Assembly: GCA_964409365.1 (NCBI GenBank)
Contig: CAYPCX010000001.1
Location: forward strand, 684-64,683
Source of the DNA: an uncultured Planctomycetia bacterium
Lineage (GTDB): Bacteria > Omnitrophota > Gorgyraeia > Tantalellales > Tantalellaceae
Direction of reading: 5' to 3'
Length of the DNA stretch: 64,000 nt
A program made the translations under genes and the position numbers. Below the pieces are notes generated by a model. That model had not been told where the DNA came from. It searched no databases and was given only the letters and a program-made list of their open reading frames with translations. Positions 12,299 through 21,509 of this stretch are shown piece after piece (within the stretch, counting starts at the first letter, position 1; every line of letters begins with the position of its first letter).

Positions 12299-12523
12299 AT
12301 AAGAGTGACAGGATATCCCGCGCTCGAACAGTTTTTGCAATGCCACAGTTGCGACAGCAAAAAAACTCGCGCGGGACACCTGCCACCCTTATATTTATGT
12401 TCATTTTTTGATAAATCTGAATATTAGAAGGAGCTTGACAGGATATCCCGCGCTCGAACAGTTTTTGCAATGCCACAGTTGTAACAGCAAAAAAACTCGC
12501 GCGGGACATCCTGCCACCCTTAT
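12299..12523. repeat. Palindromic family P2, copies 1 and 2 (tandem, ~130-bp period)
   Basis: cccgcg-ctcgaacag-tttttgc..gcaaaaa-aactcg-cgcggg core with outer stems, present twice. Confidence 0.92.
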
Positions 12524-12564
12524 ATTAACGTTCATCTTTTGAATCGGATTTTCAAGGAGGATGT

Positions 12565-12771
12565 ATGGAGTGTAAGAAAGATCGGAACATGAAGTTCTGT
12601 AATTGTACGTACGATTGCTCGAAGAAAGGCGTATGCTGCGACTGCATCCAGTATCACCTGAAGTTAGGCGAGTTCCCGGCGTGCTTTTTCCCGAACGACG
12701 TGGAGAAGACGTACGACCGCAGCATAGCGACTTTTATAGAGACATATCAAAACAGAGGACGCTGGTGGTGA
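12565..12771 (+). CDS. Small Cys-rich protein (DUF6485-like)
   Basis: [19 protein letters not shown]...PACFF....EKTYDRS; AGGAGG RBS upstream. Confidence 0.8.
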   Translation: MECKKDRNMKFCNCTYDCSKKGVCCDCIQYHLKLGEFPACFFPNDVEKTYDRSIATFIETYQNRGRWW

Positions 12772-12788
12772 GTACACACGAAATTTAT

Positions 12789-12884
12789 GAGGGGATAGCG
12801 AGGTATTCCGTGCTCAGACAGTTTTTGCAATGCCGCATTTCCAACAGCAAAAAAACTGCGCGCGGAATACCTCACCATCCCTTT
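12789..12884. repeat. Palindromic family P2, copy 3
   Basis: gaggtattccgtg-ctcagacag-tttttgc...gcaaaaa-aactg-cgcgcggaatacctc. Confidence 0.88.
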
Positions 12885-13063
12885 TTAAGCTTTGATATAT
12901 ACTACGATCGGTAACAGGGCAGGAGGGGCGGATTTTGGGTTTATCGAAATCCCAAAAACCGCATATAAACAGGATGATGGTTTGGATGTTGAATTTTGAA
13001 CTTTAATTTTTTACTTTTTCCTTTTTCCTTTTTACTTGTTACTTTATCTTTTATCCTTAAACC

Positions 13064-14917
13064 ATGGCACGCAAATACTCAGTAATAGTAGTCGGCGGGG
13101 GGCATGCGGGGTGCGAGGCGGCGCTCGCGTGCGCGCGTATGGGTGCTGCGACGCTCCTCGTAACGCTCAGGAAAGACAAAATAGGGTATACCTCGTGCAA
13201 TCCTTCCATCGGCGGTGTCGGTAAGGGACAGCTGGTCAAAGAGGTCGATGCCCTGGGCGGCGAGATAGCCAAGGCGGCCGATGCCAGCTGTATACAGTTC
13301 CGCATGCTGAATTCCTCCAAAGGATACGCTGCCAGGTCTTCCCGGGTGCAGGTCGACCGTAAACTGTACAACGACTATATGAGGGAATGCCTTGCGTGTC
13401 AGGAAAACCTGGATATCGTCGAGGACGAGGGGAAGGAAGTCCTGGTCGAACATGGTGTCTGTCAGGGCGTAAGGACCGGGAGTGGGCAGGTGTTCAACGC
13501 CCCGAATGTCATATTGACCCCGGGAACCTTTATGAACGGCACGATACATATAGGCCTCGAGCATTCCCGGGGAGGGAGGATGGGCGAGGAAGCTTCGACG
13601 GGGCTTTCAGAAGCACTGTCTTCAATGGGGTTCCGCGTGAACACCCTGAAGACGGGGACTCCCGCTCGCCTTGACGGCAGGACGATAGACTTTTCGGTCC
13701 TGGAACGCCAGGACGGGGACGGGACAGTGATACCGCTTTCGTTCTCCACGACGGAGATCACGCTGCCGCAGAAGCCGTGTTATATAACGAGGACGAATGA
13801 AACTACGCATTCCATCATCAGGGAAGGTTTGGACAGGTCCCCGCTGTATACCGGGAAGATAAAGTCGACAGGAGTGCGTTACTGTCCGTCGATAGAGGAC
13901 AAGGTGGTAAGGTTCCCCGACAGGGATTCGCATATAGTGTTTCTTGAGCCGGAGGGCCTGGATACGGACGAATATTATCCTAACGGTATCTCCACAAGCC
14001 TGCCGGTAGATGTGCAGGAAAGAATGATCCGCAGCATCAGGGGTCTCGAGAACGCAAAGATAAACAAGCCCGCGTACGGGATCGAGTATGATTTTGTCGA
14101 TCCCACCGAACTTGGACCGACTCTGGAGACAAAAAGAGTGACCGGCCTTTTCATGGCGGGGCAGATCAACGGCACTACCGGTTATGAAGAAGCGGCGGCA
14201 CTGGGCCTCATGGCCGGGATAAACGCGGCTATGAGGGCTAAAGGAAAGGATGCCGTAATACTGGACCGGTCCCGGGCTTATATAGGCGTCCTTATAGACG
14301 ATCTGGTAATGAAGGGGACAAGCGAACCTTACAGGATGTTCACCTCGCGCGTGGAACACAGGATACTCATACGCGAGGACAACGCGGATACTCGGCTTTC
14401 CGGGATAGGGTACGAGCTGGGACTCCTCCGGCGGGAGGAGCTTGAAAGAGCGAAAAAGAAGCAGGCCGATGTAGATGAACAAAAAAAGAAATTGAAAACC
14501 TCATCTGTGTCGCCGGGAGGCGAAGCCGATATCCTGCTGGAAGCTAAAGGCGAGACGCCTGTCTCAAGGAAGACGACGCTGGAAGAACTTTTAAAAAGGC
14601 CGGGGATCACCTATGATGAGGTGCTCGGGCTTGATAAGGGTTTGTCCGCTCTTCCGTATTATGCGAAAGTGCAGCTGGAAGTAGACGTTAAATATTCCGG
14701 TTATGTGGAAAGGGAGCTCGCCAGGGTCGAAAGGTTTTCCGATCTGGAGAAGATCCGCCTGCCCGATGATCTCGATTATTCGGGTGTCCCGGGACTTTCG
14801 AACGAGATAAAGGAGAAGCTCGCTTGTTTGCGGCCCCGTTCACTGGGACAGGCCTCCCGCATATCGGGTGTGACCCCGGCCGCCGTGTCGATCCTGATGG
14901 TGAGATTGAGGAAGTAG
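13064..14917 (+). CDS. mnmG: tRNA U34 carboxymethylaminomethyl modification enzyme MnmG (GidA)
   Basis: [59 protein letters not shown] motifs. Confidence 0.97.
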   Translation: MARKYSVIVVGGGHAGCEAALACARMGAATLLVTLRKDKIGYTSCNPSIGGVGKGQLVKEVDALGGEIAKAADASCIQFRMLNSSKGYAARSSRVQVDRKLYNDYMRECLACQENLDIVEDEGKEVLVEHGVCQGVRTGSGQVFNAPNVILTPGTFMNGTIHIGLEHSRGGRMGEEASTGLSEALSSMGFRVNTLKTGTPARLDGRTIDFSVLERQDGDGTVIPLSFSTTEITLPQKPCYITRTNETTHSIIREGLDRSPLYTGKIKSTGVRYCPSIEDKVVRFPDRDSHIVFLEPEGLDTDEYYPNGISTSLPVDVQERMIRSIRGLENAKINKPAYGIEYDFVDPTELGPTLETKRVTGLFMAGQINGTTGYEEAAALGLMAGINAAMRAKGKDAVILDRSRAYIGVLIDDLVMKGTSEPYRMFTSRVEHRILIREDNADTRLSGIGYELGLLRREELERAKKKQADVDEQKKKLKTSSVSPGGEADILLEAKGETPVSRKTTLEELLKRPGITYDEVLGLDKGLSALPYYAKVQLEVDVKYSGYVERELARVERFSDLEKIRLPDDLDYSGVPGLSNEIKEKLACLRPRSLGQASRISGVTPAAVSILMVRLRK

Positions 14918-14929
14918 GGCTTCGGAGTA

Positions 14930-15157
14930 GGAGTTTTGATATTGGATGTTAAATGTTGGATGTTAGATCTTTGATTGCAAAGAGCTAAGCGCATAGAGCA
15001 AAGCGTTACAGTTTTACGCTGTACGCTATGCCCTTTGCGCTATGCTTTTTCACTTGTTGCTTTATCCTTTATCCTTTTTCCTTGTTCCTTGTTCCTTGTT
15101 ACTTGTTACTTGTTACTTGTTACTTGTTACTTGTTACTTGTTACTTGTTACTTGTGA
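14930..15157. repeat. Heptamer mosaic with the second ~94-bp block and (CTTGTTA)8 at 15095-15150
   Basis: Seen directly in the sequence. Confidence 0.92.
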
Positions 15158-15168
15158 CTATAACTACT

Positions 15169-16080
15169 ATGTATTATTATCCGTTCAACAAGTATCTTCG
15201 TGAAAAATTCGGCGAAAAGGTGAGACGGCTAAGCCTGAACGCCGGTTTTACGTGCCCCAACAGGGACGGAAAGCTCGGCACGGAAGGATGTGTTTTCTGC
15301 AATGAGTACGGTTTTTCGCGGTTCGCCGGAAAAAAAATATCTCTTGATGAACAGATAGTAAGTTCCATGAAAAGGGCCGCCGAAAAATACGGCGTTAGAA
15401 AGTTCATAGCGTATTTCCAGAATGCTACCAATACGTACGCTGATGTCCGGGATCTGAAAGCCGCGTACGACGTGATAAAGAACTATCCCGAAATAGTAGG
15501 GCTTTTCATCTCGACGAGGCCGGATTGCGCGGGCGATGAAGTGCTGGACCTTATCGCGGGTTATATCGGTCTTTACGAGGTCTGGATAGAGTACGGCCTG
15601 CAGAGCGCGCATGACAGGACGCTCCGGGGGATAAATCGCGGGCATACTTTCTCTGTAACGGCGGAAGCTATAAAGAGAACGGCCGAAAGAGGCATAAAGG
15701 TCGGGGCGCATGTTATCCTCGGATTGCCGGGGGAGTCGAGAGAGGACATGATCGCCACGGCGAAGGAGGTTTCCGGTTTACCCGTTAGCGGGGTGAAGCT
15801 CCACCTCCTGCATGTTCTCAAGGATACCAAGCTCGAAGAGGCGTACAGACGAGGTGAAGTGGAGCTCATGGAGCGGGAAGAGTACGTAGGGGCGGCGTGC
15901 GATTTTCTGGAGTATACTCGTCCGGACAGGATCGTCCTCAGGCTTGTCTCGGACGCGAAAGAGGATTATCTGGTCGCTCCCGGCTGGATGAACGATAAAA
16001 TGAAGGTAATAGGCGCGATCGAGGATGAATTCAGCAAAAGGGGCACCTGCCAGGGAAGCGCGCTGGCCGGCGTAACCTGA
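15169..16080 (+). CDS. TIGR01212 / YhcC-family radical SAM protein
   Basis: AGFTCPNRDG...GCVFC, YFQ..TNTY, TRPDC, GLQS.H, HVILGLPGE; true start is ATG 15169. Confidence 0.9.
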   Translation: MYYYPFNKYLREKFGEKVRRLSLNAGFTCPNRDGKLGTEGCVFCNEYGFSRFAGKKISLDEQIVSSMKRAAEKYGVRKFIAYFQNATNTYADVRDLKAAYDVIKNYPEIVGLFISTRPDCAGDEVLDLIAGYIGLYEVWIEYGLQSAHDRTLRGINRGHTFSVTAEAIKRTAERGIKVGAHVILGLPGESREDMIATAKEVSGLPVSGVKLHLLHVLKDTKLEEAYRRGEVELMEREEYVGAACDFLEYTRPDRIVLRLVSDAKEDYLVAPGWMNDKMKVIGAIEDEFSKRGTCQGSALAGVT

Positions 16081-16157
16081 AAAAATTTGTCACATTTTGG
16101 GTAATATGTTATTATAATACCTGTTAAATGTACTGCCAATATTGAAGGAGGGAAGAT

Positions 16158-16550
16158 ATGAATATGAGGATGCTTGTATGTGTTATCATCATAGCGGTCA
16201 TGGTCGTCTGTCCTCTCAGTGAGAGCTTTGCCGCCAGGAATTCTTCTTCCGATCTTCTCCGTCAGGGCCTTCTGGGCGCGGGAGCCGGGGCTGTAGGCGG
16301 CGCTGCGTCCGGAGCCAAAGGCGGTGATCTCTGGAAAGGCGCTCTTGCGGGTGCCGGCGTCAACATAGTCGGTGGCGCGCTTCTTGATTCGATGAGCGGA
16401 GAACAGGTCCAGAGCACCCAGCAAGTGGATTCGATGAGCCCGAGAGGCGCATATTCTGACGGCTACGAAGACGGCTACAGGAACGGCTACAAGAAAGGTT
16501 ACACCGAGGGGTACCGCGAAGGCCTGAATGAAGGGCAAGTCGGCCGCTGA
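16158..16550 (+). CDS. Secreted glycine-zipper protein with GYxxGY repeats
   Basis: Signal peptide, GAGAGAVGGA zipper, GYEDGYRNGYKKGYTEGY; GGAGG RBS. Confidence 0.7.
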   Translation: MNMRMLVCVIIIAVMVVCPLSESFAARNSSSDLLRQGLLGAGAGAVGGAASGAKGGDLWKGALAGAGVNIVGGALLDSMSGEQVQSTQQVDSMSPRGAYSDGYEDGYRNGYKKGYTEGYREGLNEGQVGR

Positions 16551-16569
16551 TACCGAAGCGAATGTTTGA

Positions 16570-16617
16570 CAGGGAAACTCCGGAAACTGCTTGAGGGTTT
16601 CCCTGTTTCTTTTTTTC
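16570..16617 (+). terminator. Probable intrinsic terminator
   Basis: cagggaaactc...gggtttccctg stem followed by tttcttttttt. Confidence 0.55.
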
Positions 16618-16644
16618 ATGGACTTTTCCGGGGACGTGAGAGAT

Positions 16645-17841
16645 ATGAAGAAAAAGAAAACTGTCGGGAAAAAAAGAACGAAAGCTAAAGCTAAGGCTAA
16701 GGTTAAGGCTAAGGTTAAGAGCGGTAAAAAGGCCCTGCTGGATACGGAGAACCTGATCAGGTCTCTCATGGTCAAAGAGCAGGAGGTCCTCCAGACGGAA
16801 GACGCCCTTGTGGAATCCATGAGGCGCTTCCGAGACCTTTTCGAGCAGTCCCCGATCGGCGTTGCCATCTATGACCCGGCCGGCGAACTCCTGATAGTGA
16901 ACAACTCTTACCTGGAGATCTTCGGGCTCGCCTCGTTCGGCGACATCAAGATGCAGAACCTGTTCAAGGCCCTCAGGCTTCCGGGTAAACGGGAAAAAGA
17001 GCTCAGGTCCGGAGAGGTCATACAGCGTGAAATAGAGTTCAACTTTGAAAAAGCCGGTCTGGCCACAAGCCGCAAAGGGGCAGCGCATATGCTTTTTACG
17101 GTCTCGCCTCTTTTCAGGGAAAAGAAGGTCATCGGGTATATGCTTCAGATACAGGATGTTACCGAACGCAAAAAAATAACCGAGGCCCAGCGGCTGGCGC
17201 AGCTCGGCCGGCTCCTTTCGGACATGGCGCACGAGGTGAATAATCCTCTCATGATCATCTCGGGCAGGGCGGAATTCGCCCTTATAGAGGGGGTAGAAGA
17301 TGAAAAAATAAGGGATACCCTCAATATCATCCTGGAACAGTGTTATCTCGCCAAAGAGATCATACAGCGTCTCCTGAAATATTCCCGGATAGGGAAAGTG
17401 AAGAAAGAGCCCGTGGACATGCATAAGGCCCTTGGTCTTATCGTGGATATACTCCAGCATCACTTCCGCATGTCCAGCATAGAGCTCGAGAAAGATATTC
17501 ACCCCAGTCTGCCCCGGGTCATCGGCAACGAAAAACAGCTTCAGGAAGTCTTCATGAACATCATACGCAACTCTGCCGACGCTATGCCTGACGGCGGCGT
17601 CATAAAAGTAACCGCCAGGCGCGAGAAGAACTTCATAAAGATCGATATAGAAGATACAGGGGAAGGCATGTCGGAGCAGATACTGGAAAGGATATTCGAA
17701 CCGTTCTTCACGACGAAACAGAAAGGCACGGGGCTGGGGCTCGCGGTCTGCCACACTATCATACAGGAGCACGGGGGGCAGCTTCTTTATGACAGCGAGG
17801 TCGCGAAAGGCACCAAGGCGTCGATTTTACTGCCCATATAA
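16645..17841 (+). CDS. PAS sensor histidine kinase
   Basis: PAS domain, H-box MAHEVNNPL, N box, DTGEG, FEPFFTTK, GTGLGL; Lys/Ala-rich N-terminus. Confidence 0.92.
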   Translation: MKKKKTVGKKRTKAKAKAKVKAKVKSGKKALLDTENLIRSLMVKEQEVLQTEDALVESMRRFRDLFEQSPIGVAIYDPAGELLIVNNSYLEIFGLASFGDIKMQNLFKALRLPGKREKELRSGEVIQREIEFNFEKAGLATSRKGAAHMLFTVSPLFREKKVIGYMLQIQDVTERKKITEAQRLAQLGRLLSDMAHEVNNPLMIISGRAEFALIEGVEDEKIRDTLNIILEQCYLAKEIIQRLLKYSRIGKVKKEPVDMHKALGLIVDILQHHFRMSSIELEKDIHPSLPRVIGNEKQLQEVFMNIIRNSADAMPDGGVIKVTARREKNFIKIDIEDTGEGMSEQILERIFEPFFTTKQKGTGLGLAVCHTIIQEHGGQLLYDSEVAKGTKASILLPI

Positions 17842-17864
17842 CGCCGATCAGCGTACGGGACGAT

Positions 17865-18230
17865 ATGCACAATAAAATATTGATAATTGACGACGAGCGG
17901 CGTATCGTGGAGATACTCGAGAAGTTCCTCATTTATGAGAAGTTCGAGGTCAGCAAGGCGTACGACGGCAGGGAAGGGCTCGACCTTCTGAAGAGGGACG
18001 CCCCCGATCTTATAATACTTGATGAAAAGATGCCCGGCATGGGAGGGGCAAATTTCATCAAAGAGATGAAGAAGGTCAGAAAGAGCATCCCGGTCATCGT
18101 GCTTACCGGGTCCATAAATCTTTCGCAGTTCGAACAGGCCAAAAAACCCAAATACAAACACCTACTTTATAAGCCGGTACGTCTTGTGGAACTTCTCAAG
18201 GTGATCAACGAGGTATTGAAAAGGGGGTAA
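17865..18230 (+). CDS. Single-domain response regulator
   Basis: ILIIDDE, LD..MPGM, TG, KP motifs. Confidence 0.92.
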   Translation: MHNKILIIDDERRIVEILEKFLIYEKFEVSKAYDGREGLDLLKRDAPDLIILDEKMPGMGGANFIKEMKKVRKSIPVIVLTGSINLSQFEQAKKPKYKHLLYKPVRLVELLKVINEVLKRG

Positions 18231-18231
18231 C

Positions 18232-18627
18232 ATGAAGGTAATATACAGGTTCGTGGTCCTGCTGGTCGCCGCTTCCGTTATGTTTTCTTTTGCGGATCCG
18301 GCAGCGTTTGGCACGGACGAAGGAAAAGCGGTCACGCTGTCCTCGGATCCGAGGCTGAACCCGGCCAAAGAAAGCTTCGAAAGAGGCGAGCACTTCATGG
18401 AAAAAGGGAATATAGAGTTCAGGCGCAGGCCGGGACTTGCCCAGAAGATGTTCGAGCATGCCGAGGATTATTACGCGAAAGCGTCCTTTATGTACCGGGA
18501 AGAGGGCGAAAAGCTCGGTATAGATACCTCGCATGAAGTGGCGGAATGCGAAAGGATGAACCGCAAGGCCCACGTCTGGGTCAACAAGTCAAGAAGGCAG
18601 CGCAAACGTACCGGCGCGGGCATTTAA
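18232..18627 (+). CDS. Hypothetical secreted protein
   Basis: Signal peptide, helical content, coupled to the upstream gene. Confidence 0.65.
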   Translation: MKVIYRFVVLLVAASVMFSFADPAAFGTDEGKAVTLSSDPRLNPAKESFERGEHFMEKGNIEFRRRPGLAQKMFEHAEDYYAKASFMYREEGEKLGIDTSHEVAECERMNRKAHVWVNKSRRQRKRTGAGI

Positions 18628-18651
18628 TGGTGCCAAGGGTAAAGCGTTGGA

Positions 18652-18792
18652 AGTAACCAGTAACCAGTAACCAGTAACCAGTAACCAGTAACCAGTAACC
18701 AGTAACCAGAGAACAGACGACAGATAGCGCATGACATATAATATACTTCTGTTTTCTGTGCTCTGTTTTCTGACTTCTGGTATCTGGTTACT
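18652..18792. repeat. (AGTAACC)8 followed by a complementary heptamer mosaic
   Basis: Eight perfect units at 18652-18707; downstream ..tctggtatctggttact can pair back. Confidence 0.92.
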
Positions 18793-18819
18793 TCACGCTG
18801 AGATCTAAGGAGGGAACAA

Positions 18820-19770
18820 ATGTACAGGGAAGCCATAAAGGTCCTTGACTGCACGGTCAGGGACGGGGGTCTCATTAACGACCATTATTTCGACGACCAC
18901 TTCGTGAAGGCGGTCTACAGGGCCATCTCCAAGGCCGGTGTGGACTACATGGAGATAGGGTACAGGTGCTCCAAGCACATAATGTCGCCCGATAAGTTCG
19001 GTAAATGGAAGTTCTGTGATGAGGACGAGATCAAGCGCGCGATAGATGGTATAGAGTCGAACACGAAACTTTCCATGATGGTGGACGTCGGGCGCGTGGA
19101 GAAAGACGAGATACTGCCGTGCAAGGACAGTGTCGTGGACATGGTCCGCGTAGCGACTTACGTAAAGGATGTGGATAAGGCGATAGACCTGGTGAACGAC
19201 GCGGTGGATAAGGGGTACGAAGGCTCCGTGAACATCATGGCCATATCAAAGGCGCTGGATAACGAGCTTGACGAGGCCCTGGACCAGCTTGAAAGGGAGA
19301 GCAAGGCCCACGTGGTGTACATAGTGGACAGTTTCGGGTCATTATATTCCGAGAACGTACAATACCTGGTCCAGAAGTACAAAAAATTCCTCAAAACAAA
19401 AGAGGTCGGCATGCACGCCCATAACAACCAGCAGCTCGGTTATGCCAACACCATCCAGGGTATCATAGACGGGTGCAATTTCGTGGACGGGACCATCTAC
19501 GGTATAGGCAGGGCCGCCGGTAACTGCCCCCTGGAGCTTCTGATAGGGTTCCTGAAGAACCCGAAGTTCGACTTGAGGCCCATACTCGATGTGATCCAGA
19601 AAGAATTCCTGCCGCTGAGAGAGAAAATAGAATGGGGCTATCTCATACCTTATGCCATTACCGGCATGTTCAATGAACATCCCAGGTCGGCCATGGCCCT
19701 GAGAAAGACGGATAAGAAGGACGATTACAAGCAGTTCTTCGAGAGTTTATCCGCCTCCGAACTTGAATAA
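18820..19770 (+). CDS. DRE-TIM (HMGL-like) aldolase-family protein, catalytic domain only
   Basis: LDCTVRDGG, VDSFGS, GMHAHNNQQL, G.GRAAGNCP.E motifs. Confidence 0.85.
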   Translation: MYREAIKVLDCTVRDGGLINDHYFDDHFVKAVYRAISKAGVDYMEIGYRCSKHIMSPDKFGKWKFCDEDEIKRAIDGIESNTKLSMMVDVGRVEKDEILPCKDSVVDMVRVATYVKDVDKAIDLVNDAVDKGYEGSVNIMAISKALDNELDEALDQLERESKAHVVYIVDSFGSLYSENVQYLVQKYKKFLKTKEVGMHAHNNQQLGYANTIQGIIDGCNFVDGTIYGIGRAAGNCPLELLIGFLKNPKFDLRPILDVIQKEFLPLREKIEWGYLIPYAITGMFNEHPRSAMALRKTDKKDDYKQFFESLSASELE

Positions 19771-19771
19771 T

Positions 19772-20413
19772 ATGGACACGGAACTTTTCAAAGAACTTCC
19801 GCTGATGGGGATAGTGCGCGGGGTGTCCCTGGACGACACGGAAGAGCTTATAGAGGCCGTCATCGGCGCGGGGCTCGGCACCATAGAGATAACGATGAAC
19901 ACTCCCGAAGCGGCCCGTATGATCTCGAAGGCGCGCGATGTTGCCGGCGGGCGCATTGCCGTGGGCGCGGGTACCGTGCTTTCAAAGAAGGACCTCGATG
20001 AGGCATTGGCGGCGGGCGCCACGTTCATAGTCACGCCTGTCCCGGACAGGGAGGTCGCGGTTTCCTGCGTGGAAAGGGGCATACCGGTCTTTCCCGGGGC
20101 CCTTACGCCCAGTGAGGTGCTGGATGCCTGGGACGCGGGCGCCACTATGGTGAAGGTCTTTCCTTGCGGCCTTTTCGGGCCGAAGTATATCAAAGAGCTG
20201 AAGGGGCCTTTCGACAAGATAAAGCTGATGGCCGTGGGAGGCGTGCGCCCGGATAACGTGGAGGAGTATTTTTCCTGCGGAGCGGATGCCGTGGCTTTCG
20301 GCGCGAGCGTGTTCAAGAAAGAATGGCTCGAGAAGAAAGACTTTTCCTCGATCGGTAACCTCGTTGCGCAATTCGTGAAAGCGGTCGAACATATCAGACA
20401 GGCACCGAAATGA
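19772..20413 (+). CDS. eda: KDPG/KHG aldolase
   Basis: GIVRG, EITMNTP, GAGTV, GALTPSE, VKVFP, VGGV motifs. Confidence 0.88.
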   Translation: MDTELFKELPLMGIVRGVSLDDTEELIEAVIGAGLGTIEITMNTPEAARMISKARDVAGGRIAVGAGTVLSKKDLDEALAAGATFIVTPVPDREVAVSCVERGIPVFPGALTPSEVLDAWDAGATMVKVFPCGLFGPKYIKELKGPFDKIKLMAVGGVRPDNVEEYFSCGADAVAFGASVFKKEWLEKKDFSSIGNLVAQFVKAVEHIRQAPK

Positions 20414-20416
20414 CGT

Positions 20417-20553
20417 CTGGACTATTTAGAAGCGCTACGAAAAAGGAAAGGTATCCCGTGCTCGGACAGTTTTTGCTTTGCCGCAGAAGCAACAGCAAAA
20501 AAACTCGCACGTGACACTCTTTCCTTTTTCATAGCCCCGCTCGACACAGTCCA
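20417..20553. repeat. Palindromic family P2, copy 4
   Basis: aaaaaggaaag..cgtg-ctcggacag-tttttgc...gcaaaaa-aactcg-cacg..ctttccttttt. Confidence 0.88.
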
Positions 20554-20575
20554 AACCCCATATGGGTACGTGCTA

Positions 20576-21337
20576 ATGAGTATTAGAATACTTTCCTGGA
20601 ACGTTAACGGTATACGGTCGGTCGCGGAAAAAGGCTTTTTGGACCAGCTGAAGAAAGAATCTCCCGATATCCTTTGTCTGCAGGAGACAAAGGCCTACCC
20701 TGAACAGCTGGAGAAAGGCCTGGCATCCCCCAAAGGGTACATGACCTACTGGAACAATCCCGAACGTAAAGGGTACGCGGGTGTGGCCGTATTTTCGAAA
20801 AAAAAGCCCGTTTCGGTAGAAAAAGATTTTCCGCCCAAAGGTTTCGATACCGAGGGGAGGGCGCTAATCCTTGACTACAAGGACTTTATCCTGATGAACG
20901 TGTATTTCCCCAACGGGCGGATGGGGCCGGACCGCCTGGAATATAAAATGGAGTTCTATGACGCCTTTCTCGAGTTTGCCGACGGCGTAAAGAACAGGAG
21001 CATCGTGATCTGCGGCGATCTCAACACGGCCCATAAGGCGATTGACCTTGCCCGTCCGGAAGCGAACGAGATGTTCTCGGGGTTCCTCCCGGAAGAAAGG
21101 GCATGGATGGACAAGTTCGTGGACCACGGCTACGTCGACACCTTCAGGCACTTCAACGCCGAAAGCGGCCATTATTCTTACTGGGACTTCAAGACAAGGG
21201 CCCGCGAGAGGAACGTGGGCTGGAGGATAGATTATTTTTTCGTGACTGGAAAAATACTTCCCCGCGTCAAAAGCGCCTTTATTATGCCGGAAGTCATGGG
21301 TTCCGATCATTGCCCCGTCGGCATTGAACTTTCATAA
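20576..21337 (+). CDS. xth: Exodeoxyribonuclease III (AP endonuclease)
   Basis: SWNVNGIR, LQETK, GYAGVA, EGR, GDLNTAH, GWRIDYF, GSDHCP motifs. Confidence 0.95.
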   Translation: MSIRILSWNVNGIRSVAEKGFLDQLKKESPDILCLQETKAYPEQLEKGLASPKGYMTYWNNPERKGYAGVAVFSKKKPVSVEKDFPPKGFDTEGRALILDYKDFILMNVYFPNGRMGPDRLEYKMEFYDAFLEFADGVKNRSIVICGDLNTAHKAIDLARPEANEMFSGFLPEERAWMDKFVDHGYVDTFRHFNAESGHYSYWDFKTRARERNVGWRIDYFFVTGKILPRVKSAFIMPEVMGSDHCPVGIELS

Positions 21338-21488
21338 GGATATATGAGCTGTTTTAGTACCGCACCGGAAAAGGAAAGAGTATCCCGGGCTCGGACAGTT
21401 TTTGCTTAGCCGCAGTATCAACAGCAAAAAAACTCGCACGGAACACTCTTTCCTTTTACACAGTACTGCTCAAAGAGTCCATATACCC
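21338..21488. repeat. Palindromic family P2, copy 5
   Basis: aaaaggaaagagt..ctcggacag-tttttgc...gcaaaaa-aactcg..actctttcctttt. Confidence 0.88.
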
Positions 21489-21509
21489 ATGATTAAAGAT
21501 GGATTTGAC

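Noticed and set aside
12294-12509. 71-aa minus-strand ORF and similar small ORFs at 14975, 18624, 23962, 34032 and 34211
   Set aside because: They are translations of repeat or palindromic DNA.
12299-12884. Possible CRISPR array
   Set aside because: Units are ~90-130-nt hairpins, the sequence between copies is duplicated rather than unique, other copies are dispersed, and no cas genes are present.
15028-15168. N-terminal extensions of the ORFs called at 15028, 7965, 16591, 21402, 39194, 49009 and 52561
   Set aside because: They run through repeats, terminators or upstream genes; downstream ATGs fit the family N-termini better.
16360-17772. Long minus-strand ORFs (for example 470 aa here, 341 aa at 10498, 326 aa at 30896)
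   Set aside because: They are antisense shadows of well-supported + strand genes and show no recognisable motifs.
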